Positions 1 through 14,049 of a stretch of 64,000 nucleotides of DNA are shown here, piece after piece. Location: assembly GCF_028641065.1 (NCBI RefSeq), contig NC_073393.1, positions 15,872,001 to 15,936,000 on the forward strand, read 5' to 3'. The stretch comes from Leucoraja erinacea. Its lineage: Eukaryota. Below the pieces are notes generated by a model that saw nothing but the letters and a program-made list of their open reading frames with translations, had not been told where the DNA came from and did no database searches. Numbering within the stretch: position 1 is the first letter of the stretch; each line of letters opens with the position of its first letter. The position numbers and the translations under genes are program-made.

Positions 1-541
1 TAGAATTAATAAAAGGCAGACAACATTTCATGCTTTTAATTTAAACTAATTATTCTCAATTCAGTTGCAATAAATTTAGATTGCTGTTGGCTTATTCAGA
101 AATATGTTCTTCCAAACAAAATAACAAATGGCAAAAAAAGGTAGCAAATGCAAAAACATATTACAAATAATATTTGGTGGTAATAATTCACATTTAAATT
201 GCAAAATACAAAGAGGAAATCAGCAGGCCAGGCTACATCAATGGAGGGATTAGACAAACAACATTTCATGTCAGCTCACTTCTTCAGATGGTTGTGCTCG
301 TCAACCATATTCTAATGAACCTGAAGAAACATCTCGTCCAAATCTTTGTCTGTCATTTCATTCCATTGACGCTGCCTCATCTGCTGAGTTCCTTCAGCGT
401 TTTGATTTTTGCTCTAGATTCCAGCATTAGCCGTCTCCATTTAAATTGCTTTGGACTTGTAAACAAAGCCGAGCAATCGCCAGAACACACCTTTGTTACA
501 TTGTGCAAGTTGTATTTTTCCAATTTAAGTTCATGACTTAC

Positions 542-706
542 ATATTCAAAGCGGTCTTTGCAGAGCTGGACTATGAGGTGAAGGAAGACAAGAACAGCAA
601 ACCAAAGGCACCACATCACCACCTCCTCCACTGTTTGAACATTCAGCACACCAAATATGAAGATAAATTTGTAGAAAATGAAATTCCAAAATTTATCCTT
701 CAGATG
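542..706 (-). CDS. AMFR: AMFR (gp78 E3 ubiquitin ligase) coding exon 3; gene continues beyond left edge
   Basis: Encodes HLKDKFWNFIFYKFIFIFGVLNVQTVEEVVMWCLWFAVLVFLHLIVQLCKDRFEY, near-identical to vertebrate AMFR; CAG acceptor, GTAAGT donor, 165 nt, phase 0/0. Confidence 0.96.
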
Positions 707-1593
707 CTGTAAAGGTAACACAGAGTCAGTAAAGTTAATCATAATGGCTGTGATTGGATCAAATTAACACCACAATAAGTGTAGTAAAATTCCATTAGCT
801 CCTGATTGCATTGCATAATGTCCAACAAAGTTGGCAGGAATGTCATCCCGCATCTTGATGGTGGGTGCAATAGATCCTATTTAAAGTGAAAAGCCAGCTG
901 TGCAAATTGTCCCTTCACTCTTTAGGAGTCCAGTTGTTATCCTTTCATAATCATTTTATAAAATAAATTTTATCCAGAATATAGAACTGCCCCATGTTAT
1001 TGCAATGGATCTGGGGTGAAAATTCAATTCGTATGAATTAAAAGATAAAACTTCCTTTCTTTATCTGCACCAAAAGCACAAATCTTGGCATGAACACGAG
1101 ACAAGTAGAAACTAGCAACTTATCCAAGTTGGCTATTATCTTGACATCTCTTCAAATTAAAATCATTTGGTGTCCAACATCTGAAAATTTGAAGTATACT
1201 ACTACTTAATACTTTTACAGTTACTGGCAATTAACGAACTGTGGACATTAAAACAGCAAAAAGGAGCCGAACATCGATATTTTGTATTTCAAAACTATAA
1301 AATAATTGCTATGAACTCCTCTTCAAGTATTACTTTCACAATGTCTTGTGGAATCATTCAGCTAGCTTACCAAATTGAGAAGAAACAGTTTATGAATTGA
1401 TATGGCAATGAGAGAGATGTCATTTTTTAAATTGTCATCAGTTAAAGGAATAGGGTTGGGGTTGAGGGAAGGTGAGATGCCAAAATAACAGGTTTTTTAA
1501 ATCCTACAGTTGTTATACAAGGGCAGAAGTATGGCTTCTTGAATTCCCATAAACATGTGTTATCAACTCAAGAGAAAGGGCTTTTCCTCTTAC

Positions 1594-1686
1594 CTGTCTT
1601 TCACTGACCCGCAGAGTTCCAAACACGACATACTGGATCAGCTTTCCAATCAACATTAGAAAACAACAGGCTGTGTTCACCAACAC
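1594..1686 (-). CDS. AMFR: AMFR coding exon 2
   Basis: Encodes VLVNTACCFLMLIGKLIQYVVFGTLRVSERQ; CAG acceptor, GTAAGA donor, 93 nt, in frame with exons 1 and 3. Confidence 0.95.
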
Positions 1687-2297
1687 CTGGATAATGAAAA
1701 AAACAAGAGTTCACCAAGTGGTTCACTGTTACAGACCATGAGCATAATAACTTTATTGCGTCCTAAATTTTCCATGATTCCACGATGACTCAAAAGATAT
1801 CCAAGAGTCAAAATCCCGTCACTCAACCAAAAACAAAAAATGAAGAGTTGGGACAAAAGAATATGCTGCTCAGCCATGAGATATTGTCAAAGAGGTAGGC
1901 ATTAAAAAGAGCATGAAAAAGAGAAAAAGATATGGCAGTTGAAGTCTGGGTTGCTAAAGTTGGAGCTATTAAATTCAGAGCAGCTAGAATTGTACAGACA
2001 TTTGACGATTAGAGGAATGAAGCAAATAAAAGTGAACCCAAGGATGAAACAAATAAGAGGCTATACTTAACCAGAGGCTAATACAAATTAGCAAAGTAAA
2101 TGCTAATGGGTAAACTGAATGATGCAAGTTAGTTATAGGTCATCTAAAACTATTCTATCGTAAGTTGAGAATAGAATAAGGCCAGCTCAATGTACATAAA
2201 ATTGATTTTCAGCATCATTGTTTCTGACAATTATTATCAGAGGTTGGAATTAGCTTTTAAATTGGATGGTATTTAAAAAAAAACTTTTAAGTTCATA

Positions 2298-3265
2298 CTA
2301 GAACAAGTGCGGACCTCTTTGGCCCCCTCCCCCAACAAACCATTCCACCACTGACCCATAGCCCCCAACTGCGCAGGCGTGGTTGAGGGGTTCCCGTTGT
2401 GACGAGAGTCACGGCAACACTCCCCCGACTGCGCCTCGTCATCCCTCTTCCTACCCCAATCCTCCCCTCTCTCATTCTCACCCTCACATCTACCTGCCTC
2501 CCCTTCCCCCTACACTCAGTCACTCTCTCCCTCCATAAACCCTCTCCCCTCCCTACGCTCCCGCTATCTCCCTGCTCCCCCACTCCACCTCCCCACAGCC
2601 CTCCTCTCCCTCTATCCTCCCCCACTACCCCCTCCTCTTCCTCTCCCCCACACCCCCCTCTCCAAAATCACAATTTTTCATGGAAATGAGATTCGGGATC
2701 CCATTGTGACGTCGAATGCTGCAGACGGGCAGGGCAAGTACAAAAGTTCTTTGAAAAGTGATTTTTGTAAAGTTTAAAATGTCAATAAAATATACCATAA
2801 ATCCGAACAAAACGTATTTCTTTTTCATCTCAGGACAATGGTGAGTAAATTGGGCCAAAAATGGTAGCGCTATCATGTACTGTTTTGGTGGGGTTTTGGA
2901 ATATCACTTACACACACGCATTTATACATACAAACATCGTTGGGTTCCTGTCACATGGGAGGTCTGGTCCCCCAACGCAACCCATTCCCCAACGCAATAT
3001 TCCACCACTCACCCGTTCCCCCAATGCAATCCGTTCCCTCAATGCAATATTCCACCACTCATGGTGGAATAGCCCCCAACTACGCTGGGGCGGCTCATTT
3101 CCCCATATCCCCCAGCACTCCCTCCCCCCTCCTCTTCATCCTCCCTCTTTTTTAACTTTAAAAAAAAGTATGCATTTGCTGCCAGGACTAAAAAACAAAA
3201 TCAAATTCCGCTTCCCCTGCCTCCCCCAGCACTACCTCCCCCTCCTGTTTGTTTAGCCTCCCTCT
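2298..3265 (-). mobile_element. Helitron-like non-autonomous element(s), composite
   Basis: On minus, a small GC hairpin then CACTTGTTCTAG|T at 2298; shares subterminal sequence with the element at 55852-57280. Confidence 0.55.
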
Positions 3266-4029
3266 GCCAGGACAGAAATATCAATATTGGAATGGGAAGG
3301 GGTGTTAAAATAGTTAGCAACTGGGGGATCCAGCACACCTTGGTGGACAAAACTCGTGTGTTCAGTGAAGCAGTCGACCTGTTTATGCTTGGTCTAGCTT
3401 TTACAGTAGCAATGTCAGCAGCAGAAAATTAATATTCAGTATGTAATCGGGCTAGTCTGAAATGGTGCCTTAAACTCAAAAAGCGTGACTTCAAAATAAC
3501 AGTTGCAAAATATAGTAATCGAGTTGCTTCATTCAAATTCACGGAATTTCAAAGCTTTCTCATAGCACAAAATCACAATATGCAATACAAGTCTCCAGAG
3601 ATGCGGCAGAAGACTCCCAAGATGCGGTGGGGGAGGGGGACGGGAGACTTTGTTCGCCGCTGCAAGAAGACTGTTGGATTGACTTTTGTAACTATGTCAG
3701 CACCAGTAATGTGACAACTCTTTGTGTACTGCCGAGGTGAGGTCTGGTGTATATTACCGGATTGTATGCAAAAACAAAGAATTCCATTGTACCTAGATAC
3801 AAGTGACAATAAAGTATCATTGAAATGAATCAATGAACAAAACAGAACTTCAAGGAACTAGAGAGTTTACTTGTGAAAGTATTCCTTAGTCATTTGTACA
3901 CCATAATGCCCTGAAACTATGATCCTCACATCATAGCTACTGAAGCATCTGATTTTCAAAGACAAATTTATTTCCAATCTATTCCAACGTTGTTGAGCCA
4001 ACCACCTGCAAGAACCGCAAGTGAAAGAT

Positions 4030-4457
4030 GTTTAGGAAGGAACTGCAGATGCTGGTTTAAACCGAAGATAGACACAAAATCCTGGAGTAACTCAGTTGGA
4101 CAGGCAGCATCTCTGGAGAGAGGGAATGGGTGACATTTCAGGTCGAGACCCTTCTACAGAAAAAAAATCTTAGTTTAGGCCTCCAGGATTAATAAAGTCA
4201 GGCCAGGTCTGAGAAAAGTCCATAAGTCCCCAGGCATTAGAAAAACCCAGCAAAATGATCATCATGGAGTAACCAATGCCAACTCCTTGGAAAGAATCTG
4301 CACAAGCAGCAATACAATTACAAATGTGTAGGAAAAAACTGCAGATGCTGGTTGAAACCAAAGATAGACACAGAATGCTGGAGTTACTTAGCGGGACAAG
4401 TAGCATCCCTGTAGAGAAAGAATGTGTGACGTTTTGGGTCGGGACCCTTCTTCAGAT
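4030..4457 (-). mobile_element. Two Penelope-like pLTR fragments with degenerate hammerhead motifs
   Basis: GGAACTGCAGATGCTGG...GACCCTTCTTCAG repeat family seen throughout the window. Confidence 0.7.
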
Positions 4458-5049
4458 TATTAAAAAGACACCTTCGTATGACTGAAAATTAAGAACACTG
4501 CCTCTAAAAACAGATCTTCCATGGACAACTGAGGCACAGCAGAAGATAGGATTCTGTATACAAACACTATTAATGCAAATAGCTGAACAATTTGGGGTAA
4601 TTTTTAACACTCATCTGCCAGCTACATGCAAAAGACAAAGAATAAAGGGGCTGTCCCACAGCAGCGACCTAATCTGCGAGTTCAGAAGAGTGTCCGATCT
4701 TCAAGCTCGAGGGCACTCGCCTGGAAAACCTCGAGCTCCATCGATCGACCACACCAGGCACGTGCAGTCAGGGTAGCCAAGGTAGGCACTGCCTACCCTG
4801 ACTAAAGGAATAAAATGGTAATTATTAAATATAAATAGTAAAGGCATGGGAGAATAATGCCTACCTAAGAGATGGATCCCTTAGGTAGGCATAATTCTCC
4901 GTGCCTTTCATCTCCAGTCCATGTAACACGCGAAGGTCTGTGCAGATGACGTGCCGTCGACTGGCCTAGCAAGCCATTTAGTTGTAAGGAACTAAGAAAC
5001 CAAATTGAATGGAATACCTGGAATCTAACTACAATGGTGAGCTGCCTTC

Positions 5050-6017
5050 CTCAAGTCGTCAAGTTTATTTGTCACATACACATACGAGATGTGCAGTGAA
5101 ATGAAAGTGGCAATGCTCGCGGACTTTGTGCAAAAAGACAAACAAACAAACTATAAACACAATCATAAACACACACATATTCTTTTACATATTAAATATT
5201 CGAAGGAAAAACGTTCAGTAAAGTTAGTCCCTGGTGAGATAGGAGTTTACAGTCCGAATGGCCTCTGGGAAGAAACTCCTTCTCAACCTCTCCATTCTCA
5301 CAGCATGGCAACGGAGGCGTTTGCCTAACCGTAGCAGCTGGAACAGTCCGTTGTATGGGTGGAAGGGGTCTCCCATGATTTTATTGGCTCTGGAGTTGCA
5401 CCTCCTGATGTATAGTTCCTGCAGGGGGGGGGGGGGGGGGGGGGGGGCGAGTGAAGTTCCCATAGTGCGTTCGGCCGAACGCACTACTCTCTGCAGAGCC
5501 TTCTTGTCCTGGGCAGAGCAATTCTCAAACCAGATGGTAATATTTCCAGACAAGATGCTTTCCACAGCCGCTGAGTAGAAGCACTAGAGGATCCTCTGAG
5601 ACAATCTGAATTTCCTCAATTGCCTGACGTGGTAAAGGCGCTGCCTTGCCTTACTCACGAGTGCAGCGGCGTGTGATGTCCATGTCATATCCTCAGAGAT
5701 GTGGACTCCCAGATATTTAAAACAGCTCACCCTAGCCACAGGATCCCCATTTATCCTCAATGGTGTGTACGTCCTCGGATGATGTGCCCTCCTAAAGTCC
5801 ACGATCAGCTCCTTAGTTTTTTTGATGTTCAAGAGGAGGCTGTTGTCCTGGCACCAGAGTGCTAGATCAGCCACCTCCTCCCGGTAGGCCTTCTCATCGT
5901 TGTCTGAGATCAGGCCCACCACCACAGTGTCATCAGCAAACTTAATTATTGAGTTGGAGCTGAACCTAGCCACACAGTCATGTGTGTACAGGGAGTACAA
6001 TAGAGGGCTGAGGATGC
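5050..6017 (-). mobile_element. Rex1/Babar-type LINE, 5'-truncated (RT C-terminal half and 3' tail)
   Basis: YSLYTHDC...IIKFADDTVVVGLI...LNIKKTKELIVDFRR and RLRRSFFPEAIRTVN; one in-frame stop; AATAAACTTG tail. Confidence 0.88.
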
Positions 6018-6029
6018 CTGAACTGTGGT

Positions 6030-7250
6030 GCAGTTAGATTCATGGCAGATCTATTTTTCCTTCTCAATCCCATTCTTCTGCCCTTACCATAACCATTGAC
6101 ACCATTACTAATCAAGAATCTTTCAATCACTGCTTTAAAATATATCCATTGACTTGGCCTCCACAGCTGGCTGTAGCAATGAATTCCACAGATTCACCAC
6201 CCTCTGACCAAAGTAATTTCTTATCTCTGTTCTAAAGGTACATCCTTTTATTCTGAGGCTGTTGCCTCTGGTCCAAGACTCTCCCACTGGTGGAAACAGC
6301 TTCTCCACGTTCACTCTATCCATATCTTTCACTATACGGTAAGTTTCAATGAGGTCCCCCTCATCCTTCTAAACTACAGCGAGTACTGGCACAGTGCCTT
6401 CAAATGCTCATCATATGTTAACCCAATCATTCCTGAGATAATTCTCGTATACCTCCTCTGGACCCTCTCCAATACCATCACGTCCACCCTCAGATGTGGG
6501 GCCCAAATCTGCTCACAATACTCAAAATGCAGTCTAACCAATACCTTATAAAGCCTCACCATTAAATCCCTGTTTTTGTATTCTTGCCCTCTCTAAATAA
6601 ATGCAAGCATTGCATTCACCTTCCCTACTACCGATTCGACTTGTAAATTAACTTTTTGGGAATCCTGCACCAGTACTCCCAAGTCCCTTTGTATCTCCTA
6701 TTTCTGAATTATCTCCCCATTTAAAAAATAGTCTATGCCTCTATTCCTACTACCAAAATGCATGACTCCATACTTTGCAACGCTGTTCTCGATCTGCCAC
6801 TTCCCAGCCCACTCTCAACCTGTTCAAGTCATTTTGCAGAGCCCCTGATTTACCTATACTACCTGCCCCTCCACCAATCTTTGTATCATCTGCAAATGTG
6901 GCTATGAAGCCTTCATCCAAATTGTTGATATATACCGTGAAGAGAAGCAGTCCCAGTACGGACCTCTGCAGAACACCACTGGTCAGTGGTAGCAAACCAG
7001 AAATTGCCTCCTTCATTGCCACTTTTTACCTTCTACTATCCAGCTAACTTGCTATCCATGCTAGCATCTTCCCTGTGATACCATGGACTCGCATCTTCTT
7101 TAGCAGCCTCCTGTGTGGCAGCTTATCATAGGTGTTCTGAAAATCCAAGTAAACCATATCCATGGACTCTCCTTTGTTTATCCTGCTATTTACTTCCTAA
7201 AAAAGTTCCAGCAGGTTTGTCAGGCAACATCTTCCTTTCACAAAACCTAT
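6030..7250 (-). mobile_element. CR1-type LINE 3' fragment
   Basis: SGVLQRSVLGLLLF, FADDTKIGG, LYKVLVRLHFEYC, QRVVNLWNSL with frameshifts. Confidence 0.9.
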
Positions 7251-8864
7251 TTTATCGTGTGCGGATGTGGGGTACTCAGAAACCTCATCTTTTATAATGG
7301 ACTAATTAACTTGTTTTCAGAACCATCATTATTTTTTAAATCCCGGATTTCAAATTTATTATGGTCTGCCATGGGATTTGAATCTAGGTCCCAAAGACTT
7401 TGCCCTGGACATTTAGACTATTAATCCAGGAATCATATCACTGTACTATTGCCACCCCATTTATAACTGAACACGCTCTCTAATTAAATAAACCATGCTC
7501 ACTTTTATACAAGTTCCTTTCCATTATTAAATTATGGACGATTGTGACATAGTCTTGAAAGGAATCTGACCAATATTTTAGTCTATTACCCCAAAATTAC
7601 TTCCCCAACTAGACTGCACATATTTCTACAGTGCTTGCTCCAATTGCTGTCAACAGTAGTTAAGCATAAATTCATACTTTGATCTATCCTAAGTCCTCTG
7701 GTGTTCACCTGTGTGTGACCCAGTGTTCCACTCTAAAATTGTTATGTTCCATCACATTTAGCACAGTGCACCATTTACCTTGCAATATCTTCATTTAGCC
7801 TTTGCACTGGGTTGACATTTTTCCAAAGTTGTGAAATCAATCCATATCAATTCATTATGCAATTTGTCATCCAGCATGCAAACTATTACTTGGTTACAAA
7901 TTCCTACCTCTTCCTGGCAACTGATTCATTAGCAGATACATCATGACATAGTTTCATATTTGACCCTTGGAACAGCTACTGCAAATTGTGCTTTGAAAAC
8001 CATTATTTGCACTTCTGACTGACTACTTTGCTGCCTCAGTGCCTGCTGGCAAAAACCCATATACTTAGTTATTTTTAGATTTGACCTTTCCAACATGTAC
8101 ATATCCTCTCAGTGTTGTGCCCCATACAAACTCGAGATCATTCCGGACGCTGCAACTGTGACCCAAGTTGAAAAAAATCCAATTTGCCCATCAATCCTGG
8201 GCAAAGCAGAGTGCAATTAAGCATCGTCTCAATTTTAAAATACTCTTCCTGGTTGTCATATTGTTCATGCCTCACTCCTTCCTATTACCCATCTCCAAAG
8301 TTATCTTCTCCACCCCTACAATAGAATAAGGTACCAGCACACGTCTAGTTCGCATCGTGAGCATCCTAGCTTTTAATTGTCCCATTGGCATAATTGCCAA
8401 TGCCTGTCTGCATCCCTCTAACCAGATATTTTAGTTTCAGGATAGTTCAGGATAGTTCTCAATGCCAATCTCTGATCAAGTATTGAGTCATTTGGCCTTC
8501 CCTCTCATTGCACCTCTGTGAAATTCTCTTTTGCAACACTCCTGTGACATGTCTCAGTAAGGTACTATTTAACAGCATGTAGTATTGTCGCAGTCCACGC
8601 ATATATTTGATATTGAATGGCTCCATTTATTTATATCAGCTTCACCAACTGTGATACGCAGACATGTGATAACTAATTCAAAGAGAAACGATAAAGCAGA
8701 TAATGTATTCACCAAAAGAAATTCAAGGGATCTATCTCATCTAAGTTGTCTACAGAGATGCAAGTGTTACATTTATGTTTTACAAACCTTATTCACTGTA
8801 GAAGTGATGAAGGTAAACAAACCAGTACGACATGAAATCTTTAAGATAGCTCTAGTCATTTCCT

Positions 8865-10385
8865 GTACTCGAGAGATGCTGCTTGAGTTACTCCAGCATT
8901 GTGTCTATCTTCGGTTTAAAACAGCATCTGCTGTTCCTTCTTACACATTTTATCTGCTCCACTGCTAAATCTCAAGGTATGTCTACTTTGAAGAAGTTCT
9001 CCTCCTCCCTCCAATGAGTGTTCAGCAGCATCCTCTCTCGCTGCTCCCCCTCTGTGATTCCTCCTGCTCTCAGACCACGTTTTCTCATCTTGCAAACAGC
9101 TAACAATAAAGGCCTGTTTCCTTTATCATTGTTACTTTTTTGCACATTTTCATTCATTTGTTCTATGCCTCTCTACATTATCGTCTACACCCTGTGACTT
9201 TCAGTCTGAAGAAGGGTCTCGACCCGAAAAGTCATCCATTCCTTCTCTCCAGATATGCTGCCTGTCCCACTGAGTCACTCCAGCATTTTGTGCCTATTTC
9301 CACCCTTAACATATTGCAATTAATAAATACTTAAAGTGATAGTTTTCTAGCTGCTAGTATTTTCAAAGTGTTGGCAACCCAAGGTCTGGGCCCTTCTTCA
9401 GAGTGATTGTGATGGGGAAGAAAGGAAAGCTGGAAGAGCGGAGGGGCAAGACAAAGCCTGGCAAGTGGTATGTGGATAAGGGTGGGCTGGGGATGCAGGA
9501 GGTTTGATAGGCAGATGGTTGCACAAAGGACAGATGAAAAGATAGCAGGTGCGAGATTAGAAGTGCAAATTGTGAACCAGACGAAGACTAGGTGGAAGGG
9601 GAGGAGGATAATAATAATAATAATAATGTATTTTATTGTCATTGCACATAAGTGCAACGAGATTTGCGTTTGCAGCTTGCAGGATGGGGGGGGGGGGGGA
9701 GGGATAAGTCCAAGGAGGTACAGAAAAGCGATGGGGAGGGGGGAGGGGTTGAGAGGGGGGTGGTTTGTTTGTAGGTTAGCTACCTAAAATTAGTTAGGTT
9801 GTAAGCTACCCAAGCGGAATACAAGGGGGAGCTCCTCCAGTTTGCTCGAGGTCTAATTCTGGCAATGGAGGACCAGGAATGAAAGGTCAGAATTGGAATG
9901 AGAAGATAACAGCTGGGATCCACTATCGGCCATGAACAGCAACAGAATTACACAGTGTAACTTCATAAACCACTATATGCCCGATTCTGACACAACTAAT
10001 CAGAACAAAAGGAAAACCCTAGTTCAATGTTGAGGTACGTCAGGAACAGTGCTGTGTGCCAAAAGCTGTCAATATGAACCTATAAAATTAAAATTACAGG
10101 ACATTGGGGATGCTGGAATATTGTACAAAAAAGTATTGGTGGATCAGTCTGAAAACTAGGTTAGAAATTACCTAAAACTGGAGAATTCAACTTTCATACC
10201 GTTGGGTTGTAAGATACTGAAGCAGAATACGAAGTGTTGTCCCCCAGTTTATGTATGGCCTCACTCTGACAATGGAGGCGGCTCAGAACAGAAAGGTCAG
10301 TATGGGAATAAGAAGGGGGTTTAAAATGGTCAGCAACCAGGAGATTCAGTAGGCTTTGGCGGACCAAGTGTAGCCAAACTGGCAA
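8865..10385. mobile_element. Penelope-like element fragments (plus pLTR 8865-9310; minus 3' part 9385-9915; GIY-YIG C-terminal fragment 10160-10385)
   Basis: VADHFKPPSYSHTDLSVL..LHCQSEAIHKL resembles the C-terminus of PLE GIY-YIG endonucleases; hammerhead-like core at 9206-9233. Confidence 0.7.
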
Positions 10386-11989
10386 ACCATCAGTACTTGA
10401 AATTCCAAGTCAAGAACAGAATGCTCACAAGATAAAACCTGTGACTTGATCAGCTGCAGAGACAGCTAAACCTGTTGCATTTAGACAATTATAATCAGAA
10501 GCTTCTCAAGGTCAGGAGCAATTATCAAAAGGTAGTAACCCACTTCAGGCCCAAACTAATAATTGCTTTCTTCAGCACTGCAACTAGAACAGTGTTTAGC
10601 CACACGGTACATCAATTGGATATAAACTTTGGGAATAGTCTTTTGGCATTCTCAATGGATTGCCGTGGACAAATTGACAGAATATCAACATGACAAGCAG
10701 CGCAAAACTCATGCTCATATACTAAAAATAATTAATTTGCCTCTTTTAAGATCAAGTGACTCCTATAAACTTTCCAAATGCTTTTCAGCTGGCCTCAGTG
10801 TACATGGGGCATACCTCAGGGATTGCAGTGTTATGCAAAATAAATCAGACATGTGAGTGTATTTAAAAAAATCAATTATGCACCATGCAGTAAATGCCAC
10901 CTCAGTTTATTTTGTGTGAAATACTCCCTAGTGTACAGATAATCAAAACAAACTTCAGAAGATTTTTTTTTTTTTTTTTTTTGCACTGTGTTTTTGTTGA
11001 CAGGTCTCAATGGAACTAAAAATAGTTGTGACTCTTTCCAGACAATGCACCCTCTTGTATCTCATCCAAATTACCCATTCCACTTGCAAGACTCAAATTG
11101 GCAGTGGTGGGTAAAAGGAAGAGATTTTTTAAAAAAACCCTAAGGAATTGAAGTCTGCCTAGTTTTCTACCAATCTGAGTAAAATCAGGTAATTCAACAT
11201 TGGTGAGAAAATAAACCCAGGATCTTGTGCAAATAATACCAACAAAGTACTGGAGGAAACCCACAGGTCAGGAAGGATCTGTTGAAGCAATGGTCAAACA
11301 ACATTTTGGGTCGGACCATTTCAGACTGACTGGAGTAGGGGGAAGAAAGCTGGAAAAGAAAGGTGGGGGTTCAACAAAGCCTGGCAAGTAATGTGGATAC
11401 AGGTGCCCGGTGGTGTGTGTGGATGTTTCATTGGCAAGTGACAACGGCTAGGCTTGAGAAGGAGACAAAGGCATCAAATAAGGAAAATAGAAGAGTGAAA
11501 TGTAAAGCTGGAAAGTGGGATATGGGTGGAAGGGGAAAAAGGGGAAGATATAGTTTACAATCTGAGTAAGAGAATGTAGAACTGTCACTTCTGCTGCAAG
11601 CCATCCATCTGGGAATTGATTCAGCTTTTCAATCCCTCTTAGCGGGCATGTCCTATATTTTGCGAGATGTTGTCTACATTATCACTATCTATTGCCATTA
11701 CTATTTACCCACTGAGCAACTCGATTAAATATATTTATTTTATTACTCCATTGCTTCCATAGCCTTCTCTATAATTTTTAACTAACTAAATTTTGCTCCA
11801 TTTGAGTTCTGACAAAGCATCTTTGACCTGAAAATGTTAACTGTTTCTATTTACACAAATGCTGCCTGACCTGCTACGTTTCTGAAGAAAGGGTCTCGAC
11901 CTGAAACTTCACCCATTCCTTCTCTCCAGTGATGCTGCCTGTTCCGCTGAGTTACTCCAGCTTTTTGTGTGTATCTGAGGTAGAGGAGA

Positions 11990-13350
11990 ATCTGACTGTA
12001 CCCTATTTTATGGAAGAACTATTCAGAGGGGAATCTGGTGGTGCGCGCTTTCAAGCTTCTGTATCTTCTGGGCTTGACAGAGGTGGGAAGGTCTTTGATA
12101 ATGTTGGCTGTTTTTCCAAAGCACCAGGAAGTATCTGGTGGAGATACTCTGCATGATGAACTAGGCTACATCCACAAATCTGCAATTTCTTGTGATCTGG
12201 GGCAGAGCTGTTACCAAATAAAGCTGTGATGCAACCCAACAATATGCTTTCTATGGGGCAATAGTAAAAGGTTGTAAGAGTCATTGGAGACATGCCACAT
12301 TTCCTTCAGTCACCTGAGGAAGTAGAAATGTCAGTGTGCCTTATTGGCTGTGGCTTCAATGCAGTTGAAGCCACAGCCAGGGAATTTAAACTTCTCAATC
12401 AATTCTACTGCAGTAGCATTGATGCTAATTGAGGCATGTACTTACTCCACCACTCTTCATGAACTAGATAACTAGCTCCTTCATCTTGCTAACATTAAGG
12501 GAGAGATCACTAGCCTGACATTATGTTACTAGGTTCTCCATTATTTTCTGGACTCAGCCTTGTCGTTGTCATCCAGTCCATCACAGAGGTATCGTCTGCA
12601 AACTTGTAGATGCAGTTAGAGTTTAATTTGTCCACACAGTTGCGAGTGTCCAGGGAATATCATAAGCGACTGAAAACGCATCCTTGCAGGGTACTGGTAT
12701 TAGGAATTAGTGTGGACAATGTGTTGTCCCCTATCCTCACTGAATGTGGTCTATGGATCAGAATGTTGAGGAACCAATGGCAGATGGCAGTGCGGGCTCC
12801 AATGTTCAGGAATTTGGAGATCATTTTGGATGAGATTATAGGTGTCCTTGTTGTGTAGGTGTTCCTAAGGCGAACCTTGGCTTGTGAGATGACATCCGCT
12901 GGAACATATTGTGACGAGAGACAAACTGCAGTGGATCAAGTGTCTGGGAGGCTGGAGTTAATTTGCACCATTACCAGTCTCTCCAAGCACTTTCATGATA
13001 GTGAATGTTAGAGCCATTGGACAATAGTTACAGCATGACACCTTAGTTTTCTTTGGCACTAGGATAATAGTGATCATCATAAAATAGACGACGGCCACAG
13101 AGGCCAACAGAATTAACAAGCTCATCAGAAAGACTGGCTCCGTCCTGGGGGTGAGGTTGGATTCACTGGAGGTGATGATACTCCTCAAACTGCAGAGCAT
13201 CTTGGACAATACCGCTCACCCCCTCCATGACACACTGATCAACCCTGAGGAGCACCTTCAGCAACAGACTGGTTCCACCAACATTCAGCACAGAACGCCA
13301 CGAGAGCCCTTTTCCCCTGTGGCTACCAAACTGTACAATCCCTCCTCCTG
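11990..13350. mobile_element. Degenerate Rex1/Babar-type LINE fragments (minus ~11990-13080; plus ~13085-13350)
   Basis: TLTTFYYCPIESILLGCITA, KLQSILDNTAHPLH, SPVATKLYN motifs. Confidence 0.75.
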
Positions 13351-13361
13351 TCATGGGGTAG

Positions 13362-13365
<4 letters not shown>

Positions 13366-13419
<54 letters not shown>
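13366..13419. repeat. Long poly-C homopolymer (others near 5424, 16626, 29760, 41640)
   Basis: Directly visible. Confidence 0.9.
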
Positions 13420-13422
<3 letters not shown>

Positions 13423-14049
13423 CTCTCCCCCAATCTTTGCACATCCCCAATCCTGGGCTTTCAACTTGTCACTTTAATTTCATGTTTCATGTATTGTAGG
13501 ATTCCACAGATTCCCTCTCAGGAAGGCCGATCTTGCAATTGCCACAGTGAACATTGGTGTAGGCGCCTCTGAGACTAAAGGGCAGGTGATGTTCCTCTAT
13601 TGACCCTCTGCTCAAAGTGAGCATAAAATATTCCCTCTTATTCAAAAAATTACCAGTTGCAAATAAGTGATCCAGAAACTGACCATCAGTACCTGGTATA
13701 AAAACAAAAGCAGCTGCTACTGTTTACACAAGTTAAAAAAAGTTATGAAATTATTAAAGTTAGCGAGTTTGCAATACTATGCTTTTATACAACATGTCAA
13801 ACTGAATAATGGTTCCCAAGGAAAACCATTTCTACCAGACAGACTGTAAACAGGATAAAAACACAGCAGCAGTGCATATTCAGTTCTTGACCAAAACATA
13901 AAATTAATACTTGGGCACCAAAAAGCGTGGCTTACACCCAATGTTACCAATTCACTAAATCAAGCAATGAGCAACTTCAGTTGGAAAAAATCCACTCTTC
14001 ATGGAGTAGTTTTCACAGTGCAACATAGGGAAATGAGAGTAGGATAGGT

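Noticed and set aside
13151-13477. Poly-Pro/poly-Gly ORFs from long C/G homopolymers
   Set aside because: Homopolymer expansion within LINE remnants; the run length may be a sequencing artefact.
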